Shown here: positions 9,924 to 19,031 of the stretch, one piece after another
Position numbering within the stretch: position 1 is the stretch's first letter
Layout of the letters: each line of letters begins with the position of its first letter
DNA from: Escherichia phage ESCO5
Direction: 5' to 3' (one strand)
Sequence record: NC_047776.2
DNA: 64,000 nucleotides
The notes under the pieces: generated by a model
What the model was told of the DNA's origin: nothing
Seen by the model: only the letters and a program-made list of their open reading frames with translations
The model's database searches: none
Position numbers and translations under genes: made by a program

Positions 9924-9953
9924 TTGACACAAAGTTTCTATATGTGTTACAAT
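9924..9953 (+). promoter_or_regulatory. sigma70-type promoter for baseplate operon
   Basis: TTGACA (9924-9929), 18-nt spacer, TACAAT (9948-9953). Confidence 0.6.
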
Positions 9954-9963
9954 AATCAATATG

Positions 9964-9986
9964 GGAAGATCTTGCATCTTCCTTTT
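9964..9986 (+). promoter_or_regulatory. 5' leader hairpin
   Basis: GGAAGAT-cttgc-ATCTTCC perfect inverted repeat followed by TTTT, a few nt downstream of the predicted start site. Confidence 0.4.
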
Positions 9987-10012
9987 GGCATTATCATTAC
10001 TACGAGGTTATC

Positions 10013-10714
10013 ATGGCAGCAATGACTCCACAACAGTCGGTGAGAGCCGTCTATAAGGCAGAACAGGAAATCAACTCTACCGAGAATAAAAATACCTCGG
10101 CATCTACTGTAAAGGGTGATAATGGTTTCTGCATTTTAGCAAGTGTTTATAATAGTTCAAGTGATCAATACATTCAAAACTTTAAAGCAATTACTTTCGA
10201 TTCGGTCCCTGAAGTAGGTGTAACTCGTGAGGCAGATGTTACAAGTTTTCCAGTAGAATCAGGATCGGATGTAAGTGACCACGTTCAAATAAAAAACAAC
10301 AGATTTAAACTTTCAGGTATAATTACCGAAACACCAATTCGGCTTATGCGAGATCAATTATACAGTGCAGGTGTAAATGGAGCAAGGATTTCTCAAGCAA
10401 TAGAATATCTAGATCAAATATTTGAGTCAAGACAACCAATAGTTCTTTTGACAGAACACAGGACTTTTGAAAATGTTATTCTGAAAGGCTACTCTTATGA
10501 TTATAAATCTGAATTTGCTATGCAATTTGATTTAGAGTTCGAACAAATTCGTCTAGTCTCTAAGGCCACTACTAATGCTATTGCTGTAAAAACAGCACCA
10601 AATAAGTCAACTGGTGGTGATGTGAAAGGTCAAGTCGCTTCTAATGGTCCTAAGTCAGATATTACAGTAAGAACTGCTGAAGCTACTAATACCCCAACAA
10701 ACAACGGAGGTTAA
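10013..10714 (+). CDS. tail/baseplate assembly protein (post-tape-measure)
   Basis: 233 aa; GAGG RBS; position equivalent to P2 gpU / Mu gp43. Confidence 0.5.
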   Translation: MAAMTPQQSVRAVYKAEQEINSTENKNTSASTVKGDNGFCILASVYNSSSDQYIQNFKAITFDSVPEVGVTREADVTSFPVESGSDVSDHVQIKNNRFKLSGIITETPIRLMRDQLYSAGVNGARISQAIEYLDQIFESRQPIVLLTEHRTFENVILKGYSYDYKSEFAMQFDLEFEQIRLVSKATTNAIAVKTAPNKSTGGDVKGQVASNGPKSDITVRTAEATNTPTNNGG

Positions 10715-10716
10715 TA

Positions 10717-11130
10717 GTGACAACTTATTCTAAAACAACAAGGTCTACAAGTAATACTGGCTACAGTGCAGTTTATCTGGAGGACCATTCTACTTATTTT
10801 GCATGGTATCTGAAAACTGAAGAGTACCCTGATCAAACATATACAGTTACATTGGATGGAGTTGATTATGACATTCGTTTAAGGTGGAACACTAGGGACG
10901 AGTCTTGGCAATGTCAGATAGGATTATCTGGAGATGATCCAAGTATAAGTTTCAAAGTTACAAATGGTTTAGATCTTCTTAAACCTTATAAATATCTTGA
11001 AAGTGTGCCAGATGGTCAATTGTATATAGTAGATACAGTTAAGATTAATGGTCGTCCTGGGTATACAACTACAGGTCGAGATAAACGTTTTGTATTGGTT
11101 TATATTGATAACAAACCTAATCAGGCGTAA
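10717..11130 (+). CDS. hypothetical baseplate protein
   Basis: 137 aa; GTG start behind GGAGG. Confidence 0.5.
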   Translation: MTTYSKTTRSTSNTGYSAVYLEDHSTYFAWYLKTEEYPDQTYTVTLDGVDYDIRLRWNTRDESWQCQIGLSGDDPSISFKVTNGLDLLKPYKYLESVPDGQLYIVDTVKINGRPGYTTTGRDKRFVLVYIDNKPNQA

Positions 11131-11139
11131 GGAGATAAT

Positions 11140-12150
11140 ATGGCAGAAAGAGAGTATACAAAAGCTCCTGCCCCTAATTTAAACAGGGCATACAAATTAT
11201 TAATTGGTTCTGCCACAAACACAATACAGAAGAGAACTAAGAACTCGGCATTTAAATCTACAGTAGATTTGGATACTAAGTTAGGCACAACAGAAAAATC
11301 CTCTTCTAATTTGTATTTGTTGCAAGACCATCAAATAACCTTCAGCATTAAGAAAGATAATAATAAAGATCCTAACCAAGCAGAGATTGTAGTTTATAAT
11401 CTATCGGATGATACTGTTAACTATATAAACCGTGGTATCCGAAATAACTTGGCGGTTGCTCTAGCGGTAGGATACGAAGGTGAAGAGTTGGTTATGATTT
11501 TCAAAGGAACTATCCAATGGGTTAGTGATACTTTTGACTCGGTAGACAGGAAAACCACTTTACACTGTTTGGATGGCGGTATTAACATTGCAGAAGCAAG
11601 AACAAGCCGCAGTTATCCAAAAGGAACTAAAATCAAACGTGTTGTGACAGATTTGGTAAAAGATTTAGGAACTACAGAAGGTAATATACACGTAGACAAT
11701 GATCAAACCTTATCCTCAGCAACAGCTATGTGTGGAAACACTTCACATTACCTAGAACATATTTGTAAAAGTATTGATCACAATGTGTCAATACAAGATG
11801 GATCTGTTTATGTCACTCCTCGTTCACAAATGTCTAGTGCACGTAGCGCCTACATTAGCCCTGAAACTGGTCTGATAGGAAGTCCAGAACCATTCCACAA
11901 CGATATAAAACCTACTAAAAAAGTTACCAAGTCCTCTAAGAAGGCAAAGAAACCTACAGATGGTGTTAAATTCAAATGCCAAATGAATGGTGCAATACTA
12001 CCAGAAAAAACAATCTGGTTAAAAAGCCGAGATTATGATGGTCCATTTAAAGTTGTTTCTGTTTCTCACAATGGTGATAAAGAGGGTAAAGAGTGGGTTA
12101 CTGAAGTGGAGTGTGTATCCGTGTCTGAAATAATGACTAAGGAGAAATAA
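11140..12150 (+). CDS. candidate baseplate hub protein
   Basis: 336 aa; AAGGAGA RBS; immediately upstream of spike gene as in P2 (gpD) and Mu (gp44). Confidence 0.45.
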   Translation: MAEREYTKAPAPNLNRAYKLLIGSATNTIQKRTKNSAFKSTVDLDTKLGTTEKSSSNLYLLQDHQITFSIKKDNNKDPNQAEIVVYNLSDDTVNYINRGIRNNLAVALAVGYEGEELVMIFKGTIQWVSDTFDSVDRKTTLHCLDGGINIAEARTSRSYPKGTKIKRVVTDLVKDLGTTEGNIHVDNDQTLSSATAMCGNTSHYLEHICKSIDHNVSIQDGSVYVTPRSQMSSARSAYISPETGLIGSPEPFHNDIKPTKKVTKSSKKAKKPTDGVKFKCQMNGAILPEKTIWLKSRDYDGPFKVVSVSHNGDKEGKEWVTEVECVSVSEIMTKEK

Positions 12151-12884
12151 TGGATGCATTGAATTTTGTCACAGCAATGCGTGGCTTAATGACAGAACAA
12201 TTAGCAGAAGTCCATACAGCCCTGCCAGTCCGTGTGACTGGCGTTAATTATGGTGCTAAAACTGTCACTTTAGAATCTATTGTTAAAAACACACGATCTA
12301 GTGAAGATGAAATAGATTATCCTACTTTTGAAGATGTTCCTTTTATGGTTAATGGGGGTGGGACAGGAAGAATCTCATTCCCTATTAAAGCTGGCGATTT
12401 AGGAACTGTTATATTTTCTGAAAGAGATCCTTCTAATGCACTGCAAACTAGTGGAGAAACCTCTTCATCATCCACTTTTATGCAGCCTTGTGGATTATAC
12501 CCTATTTGTTTTATTCCCAAAATAGCTACAGGAACAGATTCAACAGAAGCCGTAGATTCTGAAAAGGTAGTTATTTCTAATAACAAAAACACGTACGCTT
12601 CTTTCGACCCTACAGGTAATATTTCAATATGGAATAGTCAAGGGATGAAAATAGATATTACTACCTCCGGTATTACTATTACAGATGGCACAGGGACTTT
12701 GGATCTAAAAGGTGGTAATTTAACTTTCAAAGGCGGCGTGGCAGATATCAATGGTCTTAAAATAGATCAGAACGGTTTGATGACAGATGGTAATGGCATC
12801 GGATTCCATACTCACACGCACACGGTTCGTAACATTCAGAGCGGTAACTCAAGTGCCGAGTCCTTAAAACCAACAGGAGCCTAA
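12150..12884 (+). CDS. baseplate central spike (gpV-like)
   Basis: 244 aa; Gly-rich beta-helix-like C-terminus with HTHTH (HxH) motif typical of spike apex. Confidence 0.6.
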   Translation: MDALNFVTAMRGLMTEQLAEVHTALPVRVTGVNYGAKTVTLESIVKNTRSSEDEIDYPTFEDVPFMVNGGGTGRISFPIKAGDLGTVIFSERDPSNALQTSGETSSSSTFMQPCGLYPICFIPKIATGTDSTEAVDSEKVVISNNKNTYASFDPTGNISIWNSQGMKIDITTSGITITDGTGTLDLKGGNLTFKGGVADINGLKIDQNGLMTDGNGIGFHTHTHTVRNIQSGNSSAESLKPTGA

Positions 12885-12885
12885 C

Positions 12886-13512
12886 ATGGGAATCCCTTTT
12901 GACTTAAAACTTGGGCCAAACAACGACCTCATCATGGATGATGGGGATTTGGTCCTCACTACAACCAGAACAGAAATTGCAGCACAAACTCTTGGGATAA
13001 CTCTGAACACGTATCGTGGAGAGTGGTTTTTAAATACTAACTTCGGTGTTCCTTACTTACAAGAGATTATTGGTGTTGCTAGAAAGAAAGATATTGTAGA
13101 CAGAATATTTTTAGCAGAGATTGCCAAAAACGTTTACATAGATACAATAAACAGTTATAAATCTGCTTATGACATGGATCAACGTTATTACTCAATGACA
13201 GTTATGGTGACAGTTGGAGCAGATACAGTAACATCCATATTCAATACTCAACCTTCTGAAGAGTTTATTTACCCTGAAGCTGGTGAAGACAATGCAGCGA
13301 TCATTTGTGAAGCTTACAGTATTGTTGAGAATTCGAATAGACTTTATCGCTTTATCAACTTTGTTGGTTTGCCACGTGATACCTACTCTACTTGGTGGAA
13401 TGAATGGTCTACAGAGTCAGCAGGGGAAAGAATCATGGTTAACGAAAAAGGTGATGCATTAGCTACAAACAATAATTTCGGTATAACAGCTATGACAGGA
13501 GTAGAAGAATAA
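12886..13512 (+). CDS. baseplate wedge protein (gp25/gpW-like)
   Basis: 208 aa; N-terminal DLIMDDGDLVLTTTRTEIAAQ...YRGEWFLNTNFGVPY resembles GPW/gp25 family; follows spike gene. Confidence 0.5.
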   Translation: MGIPFDLKLGPNNDLIMDDGDLVLTTTRTEIAAQTLGITLNTYRGEWFLNTNFGVPYLQEIIGVARKKDIVDRIFLAEIAKNVYIDTINSYKSAYDMDQRYYSMTVMVTVGADTVTSIFNTQPSEEFIYPEAGEDNAAIICEAYSIVENSNRLYRFINFVGLPRDTYSTWWNEWSTESAGERIMVNEKGDALATNNNFGITAMTGVEE

Positions 13513-13985
13513 TGGCAGATTTAACTACGATCAAAGTTTCTGATCTTACACAAACAACCTCTGTGTCTGATACAGATTTCTTTGTAACAGATCAGGCTGG
13601 AATAACAAAGAAGACTTCTTTGAAAGTGCTGTTGAGTGGTGCAGGGGTAACTAGAAACCGTTTAAATGCACGGGGAACAGTAACTAGCACCTTGGCATTA
13701 GATATTAGTTCAGCAGAATATTTTTCGGCAACCTTATCTTCTGCAACGTGCACAATTAGTTTTACTAATATTCCAGTAGCAACGAATGCAGTTTTAAACT
13801 TTACTTTAGCTTTGCGTCAAGGAAGTGGCGCAAATAAAGTCGTATGGCCTTCTTCTGTAAAATGGAGTTTTGGTCGTTCCCCAGTTTTGAGTTATCGTCA
13901 AGGTGCAACAGACACTTTTGAGTTTATCAGTTATGATAATGGAGCAACTTGGACAGGTAGCTTAGTTTTAGCAGGAGTTATTTAA
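13512..13985 (+). CDS. hypothetical baseplate/tail protein
   Basis: 157 aa; start overlaps upstream stop. Confidence 0.5.
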   Translation: MADLTTIKVSDLTQTTSVSDTDFFVTDQAGITKKTSLKVLLSGAGVTRNRLNARGTVTSTLALDISSAEYFSATLSSATCTISFTNIPVATNAVLNFTLALRQGSGANKVVWPSSVKWSFGRSPVLSYRQGATDTFEFISYDNGATWTGSLVLAGVI

Positions 13986-16861
13986 TGTCAAGAGTTAAGC
14001 ACAATATTGACAACACGTTTCAGTTGATTGAAGGGTTGGTTCAGTTTTTGGAAAGAAATACTGGGCTTACCATAGATCCTACGGTTCAGCATTACATTAT
14101 CAACCCACAAAACGTATTGGCGAACAACAGACACTTTATTAACTGGACAGCGCAGGAAGGGCAACCAAACGGTGACGCTACTACCGAAGGTCAATCTGTG
14201 CTTATCACTGGTTTTGCTTATGCATATTTGGCTACAGGGGATAAAAAATATCTTGAATCTGCCGAGAAGTATTGGCAAGCCTATATAGATCACTTCTTCG
14301 GGGGCCAACCTATTCCTGATCCTCCAGCTAAATATCGTCCCAACTGGATCATCAATGGTAAAGAACCACGTTTAGCACATTACCCTCTCACAGATGATGG
14401 GTATCCTACGCACGGCGGGTTCAAAGGTAGCATGATGACTTGGATTAACGGAAGGACTGTTATTCCTAAAGGTGCACCGCATTGGGGGGAATACTTAGAT
14501 AAAGCTTGGTTTGCTTTCAATGGCAATCTTGGTTGGAACTCCGTTAACGCAACAGTTTATGCAACTAACCCAGATGGTTCAACTAACTGGAAAGAATATG
14601 GAGATCAGTGGGATGTTGAATGGATTATAGATCGTCTAGGACGTAAAGTTGATTGGGATGGTAACATCTTATCTACAGGTCACAGCTTTGCAGAATATGG
14701 AACAGTGCAACTTAAAAATGCTTCTGTGAACGGTGACTATAAATTCAACTACGCTACATGCAACCCTGTAGAACACGGTGGATATCTGCTTAAGCGTAAT
14801 GAGATGTGGCATAACCGTCCTGTAAACGTTCCGGTAGAATTAGGTTATCAAGATAATGCTTCCGATGCGGAAACGTGGTGGTGTGATGCAAACTACTTGA
14901 TGTATCAGATCACAGGAGAGAGAAAATACTGGCTTTGCTGGCAATCTTCTTTATTGCTGTGTCAAGACTACTCAAACATTGATATGTTTGATAAATTCTT
15001 CCGTAGATCTACGACAGCAATAATTCCTTTTACAGATGGTATCTCTTATGATTACTCATACCCATCTACAGCAATACCTAAATACTCTCGTGACGAATTA
15101 GGATACACAGTAATTCGACAAGATGTTGCAGCCCAAACAACTCTAGAACAACAGGCAGTTTGGTTCAGAGTGGATCAGAATTCAAAACTGCGTATTGAGT
15201 TTCAAGGTGTAGATGATGCAGGGGAAGGTATTCTTTTCCGTCCAGAGTTAGAATTAAGCAAGACTAAGAGTGAAACAGACACAGTGACATATCGTTGTGG
15301 CTTACCTCTTGGTGCAGCTAATATGACTAAGATGGATATACCTTTATCTAGTTTTATGCGCACCGAACCTCCTGGAGGTGGTGTATATATTATTGCTGAA
15401 CCTAGAATCATTGTTGACTGGGGAAGCAATACTGTGATACAATATAAATATGCAACTGGTATTGCTGGGACAAATAGTGATCAGATAGTTTCTGCTAATA
15501 TGGATTCAGATGGTGGTTTTACTGTTGGGTTTTGGTTAACACCAACTAAAACAGCCAATTTAAAATCTATTACGTATCGTTCATACGCAGATGATTTTAA
15601 CATCACTATTACGGATTCCGCAGGTTGGAGATGGTGGGCCATGTTAGAAAAAACAAATTCTACATGGGTTACTAAAGCTTTAAGTCCTGCTGATTTCAAA
15701 TTAAGTACTTGGCAACCTAATCACGATGACACAGAGACAAAACCTTCGTCAATAAACCTGACTGCTATTGATCAGATCAATATTGCATTGGATTCTGAAC
15801 CTGCAAATGGCTTGACAGGGGCAATCGATTTTTATTGCGTTAACGATATCCCATCTTTGTATTCTTCAGCCACTGGTGATGACTACACAATGTATTTCAG
15901 GGTTACAGTTTCATCTGAAAATCCTTATACAGCAAAACTTGGAGATTGTACAATACTGGACTACAAACTTGACAGTTTGAATTATACTCCAGGAATCATT
16001 CCATTTTCTAATATTAGCGATCCTAACACAGCATTATATGACGGTTGGCGCGGTATTCCTTACCCAGGTTATCAATACCCATCCTTATATTGTTTTAAAG
16101 GGAGAGATATTGATTGGGTTCGTATGAACAACAGTATAGACTTTTTATATGATTCACAAATGTGGTTTTATAATAAGTTTGCCCCTGTGATGCCTGGGCC
16201 AATGGCACAAGCTTATGTTTGGGATCGTTGGGATGCTCATAAATACGGAAACAAGAATGAGTTCACAATGTATCATTGGAACGATAAAGCTTGGGATGGG
16301 TATGAAGCACGAGCATTCTTCTGTGCGTGTCATACAGTATACGAACTTAAACAACGAGGAGCAGAAGTTCCTGAAAAACTTTTAACAGTTTGTAAAAACT
16401 GGATCAACTATCTGAAGTGGTTCCAAGACAACAACGAAGGAAGAACACCAACAATATTTTATCCCAATGGAGAAGTGGCAGCGCCTGTAGATGACTTTAC
16501 AAGTCACATGTCTGCGCTCTTTATGGCAGGATGTGCTATAATGGGGATGGCTGGATATGATTCAGAAATTCCTAACATTAAAATAGTAGCAGACCGCTGT
16601 TTTGAACTTATTCAGGAAAATTATATTGTTCTTGGTCCTAATCATGTTATGAATGGCTGTTGGAGTTCCGCTCCTAGACCAGATAGTGATAACGGAGTCT
16701 TCTTTGGCTTCCACGCTGGAGAGTTGTTACGTGGTTTTGGGTTGTATGCTTTATACAAAAAACTTAATCCCCAAAATGCATTACCTGTTTTGGATTCGAG
16801 CAATATTCCTGCACTTACTGTTTTGACAATGGCAAACATTAGTGTGGACGTTACCGAGTAA
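13985..16861 (+). CDS. tail fibre / candidate polysaccharide depolymerase
   Basis: 958 aa; large Trp/Tyr-rich protein in fibre cluster; AGGAG RBS. Confidence 0.5.
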   Translation: MSRVKHNIDNTFQLIEGLVQFLERNTGLTIDPTVQHYIINPQNVLANNRHFINWTAQEGQPNGDATTEGQSVLITGFAYAYLATGDKKYLESAEKYWQAYIDHFFGGQPIPDPPAKYRPNWIINGKEPRLAHYPLTDDGYPTHGGFKGSMMTWINGRTVIPKGAPHWGEYLDKAWFAFNGNLGWNSVNATVYATNPDGSTNWKEYGDQWDVEWIIDRLGRKVDWDGNILSTGHSFAEYGTVQLKNASVNGDYKFNYATCNPVEHGGYLLKRNEMWHNRPVNVPVELGYQDNASDAETWWCDANYLMYQITGERKYWLCWQSSLLLCQDYSNIDMFDKFFRRSTTAIIPFTDGISYDYSYPSTAIPKYSRDELGYTVIRQDVAAQTTLEQQAVWFRVDQNSKLRIEFQGVDDAGEGILFRPELELSKTKSETDTVTYRCGLPLGAANMTKMDIPLSSFMRTEPPGGGVYIIAEPRIIVDWGSNTVIQYKYATGIAGTNSDQIVSANMDSDGGFTVGFWLTPTKTANLKSITYRSYADDFNITITDSAGWRWWAMLEKTNSTWVTKALSPADFKLSTWQPNHDDTETKPSSINLTAIDQINIALDSEPANGLTGAIDFYCVNDIPSLYSSATGDDYTMYFRVTVSSENPYTAKLGDCTILDYKLDSLNYTPGIIPFSNISDPNTALYDGWRGIPYPGYQYPSLYCFKGRDIDWVRMNNSIDFLYDSQMWFYNKFAPVMPGPMAQAYVWDRWDAHKYGNKNEFTMYHWNDKAWDGYEARAFFCACHTVYELKQRGAEVPEKLLTVCKNWINYLKWFQDNNEGRTPTIFYPNGEVAAPVDDFTSHMSALFMAGCAIMGMAGYDSEIPNIKIVADRCFELIQENYIVLGPNHVMNGCWSSAPRPDSDNGVFFGFHAGELLRGFGLYALYKKLNPQNALPVLDSSNIPALTVLTMANISVDVTE

Positions 16862-16869
16862 GGGGTAAA

Positions 16870-19023
16870 ATGAAACAAGCTATATTTACTGTCACGCGAG
16901 ACAAGAGAGTAAATGCGAGTTCATTTAACTACACGACTGTTGATGGAACAGCAGTCGCTGGTAGAGATTATATTGCAAAATCGGGAACACTTGTGTTCCC
17001 TGATGATGCTGATTCTGCTACCATTGTGGTTGAAGTATTTGAACGACCAAAGAACTCAATAGATCTTAACTTCTCCCTCCAAGTTTCAGGGATTAGTCAA
17101 AATAACATGATGGTTGAAACGACCATCAACTGTATTATAACTACGATTCAAGAAAATACTACTCCAATAACTTGGACTACAAAAGACGTTAAAATGTTCT
17201 CTCCTATGTATTGGACAATAGATTCTCAAGCAACGGAAAGTTGTTCTATTGTATCTCATGGAGACTCTTTTACTGCAAGATTTGTAAACAGAACAACAGC
17301 AGGTTTGGCAGGGGTTATCTGGAGCACAGTTGACAAATATGACCATAAAGGTGTTGGGTATTTACCCCACACAGATTTAAGTTCAGAGAAACTTTGGTTT
17401 AAAATGGAAGTTAGTCAAAACATGCCAGGTTTTAAAGAAGAACCTTTGGTGCCAACTTTGACTGTAACTCTCTTGGATAAAAGTGTCCACTATGTTAGTT
17501 TAGGATTTTATGCTTCAGATATTTCAGAAGATGGTAAAACAGCTACAATCAAACTAGATTTTGGTAATATCTTCTCTGGTCCTAATAATGATATTCCTTT
17601 GGACATGAGTGCTGTAGATAATATTTTCTTCTCTTTGATTACAGCAAGGTATGAAGAAATAGAAGAGATTGTACCTATTGATAGTCAAGAGGCTTGGTTT
17701 ACTTTCACTCTTCTTGAACCTACTTCTGGTTATAGTATGATGAAAGTCAGTAACCTTGTCCAGCCTGAACATGATATTCGCATGTGCACATCTTATGACG
17801 ATATGTATAACCTGACTCCAGAGAGAGTTATTTATAATACATATGCGCTAGGTTATCGTGGAATGATTAACCATTACAACGGAATGTCTCACTATTATGA
17901 GTTCTCATGGAACGGAACATCTTGGGCTTTAAATAGATCTGTCTTCCTGAATCCAGCTACAGAAGCTTGGCTAAATAGTTTCCATTCTATAGCGAACGAG
18001 AAGGGTTACACAATAATGAACTCTTTAAGTTTTGAGTTGATGAGCACAGTTTGTCCTGTAGAATGGGTCCAGCATGATTGGAACGATGCTCTTGCAGCAA
18101 CAGGGTATGAGCCTCCTAGTTACGTGTTGTCTCCAACTATTGACGAAGGTATGAAATATTTGCAAAATGTTATTAATAAAATAGCATCTATTTCGCAAGC
18201 TAATAATATTCCAGTTGTCATTCAAATTGGTGAGCCTTGGTGGTGGTATAATACAGCGAGTAAAATGCCTTGTATATACGATTACACTACTAAACTAGCA
18301 TTCAACACAGAAACAGGTTTATTTGCACAAGATGTAGGAACAATAGATAATTATAAAACAGGAACACCGTTTGACGAATACTATGCATTTTTGTCTCGTA
18401 AACTAGGATTAAGAGTTGCAAAGTTTGCAACAGATACTAGATTAGCCTATCCTGGAGCTAAAGTTACATTATTACCATTTGTGCCATCCATTTTAGGTAA
18501 CGGTATGATGGAGTTTGTTAACTTCCCTAAAGATTATTATATCCCAGAAAACTTCGACTTTTATTGTTCAGAGTGTTATGACTGGTTGTTGGAAGGTAAG
18601 ATGGAAAAATCTTTTGACGCTATCACAATACCTAATGAACAATTAGGTTTTAGTTATGATAAGATACATTATCTTGCAGGTTTTGTTCCAGATGCTACTC
18701 TTGCACCTTTGTATAGCTTTGATCCTGAATCAAACTACCGCACGTATCTTTGGAAAATGATTATAGGTAACATAGTGTTGAACGCCAATAAGTTCAATGG
18801 ACTTACACAATATATATGGGCCTATCCTCAAATAATGCACGATTCTATCACGGTAGTTAATTCTCAATCCCAAGTTTTCTATATGGGTAACGTGCCTTTG
18901 AACGTTTATTTACAGGATATCACTCTTAAACAGGTAAATGTTGAGATTGCCACCATAAGTGGAATTACATTAGCCACTAAATCTGGAGAAGATTTAGTAA
19001 CAACACAAAAATTTTATATATAG
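16870..19023 (+). CDS. tail fibre protein
   Basis: 717 aa ORF in fibre cluster. Confidence 0.5.
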   Translation: MKQAIFTVTRDKRVNASSFNYTTVDGTAVAGRDYIAKSGTLVFPDDADSATIVVEVFERPKNSIDLNFSLQVSGISQNNMMVETTINCIITTIQENTTPITWTTKDVKMFSPMYWTIDSQATESCSIVSHGDSFTARFVNRTTAGLAGVIWSTVDKYDHKGVGYLPHTDLSSEKLWFKMEVSQNMPGFKEEPLVPTLTVTLLDKSVHYVSLGFYASDISEDGKTATIKLDFGNIFSGPNNDIPLDMSAVDNIFFSLITARYEEIEEIVPIDSQEAWFTFTLLEPTSGYSMMKVSNLVQPEHDIRMCTSYDDMYNLTPERVIYNTYALGYRGMINHYNGMSHYYEFSWNGTSWALNRSVFLNPATEAWLNSFHSIANEKGYTIMNSLSFELMSTVCPVEWVQHDWNDALAATGYEPPSYVLSPTIDEGMKYLQNVINKIASISQANNIPVVIQIGEPWWWYNTASKMPCIYDYTTKLAFNTETGLFAQDVGTIDNYKTGTPFDEYYAFLSRKLGLRVAKFATDTRLAYPGAKVTLLPFVPSILGNGMMEFVNFPKDYYIPENFDFYCSECYDWLLEGKMEKSFDAITIPNEQLGFSYDKIHYLAGFVPDATLAPLYSFDPESNYRTYLWKMIIGNIVLNANKFNGLTQYIWAYPQIMHDSITVVNSQSQVFYMGNVPLNVYLQDITLKQVNVEIATISGITLATKSGEDLVTTQKFYI

Positions 19024-19031
19024 GAGTAAAA

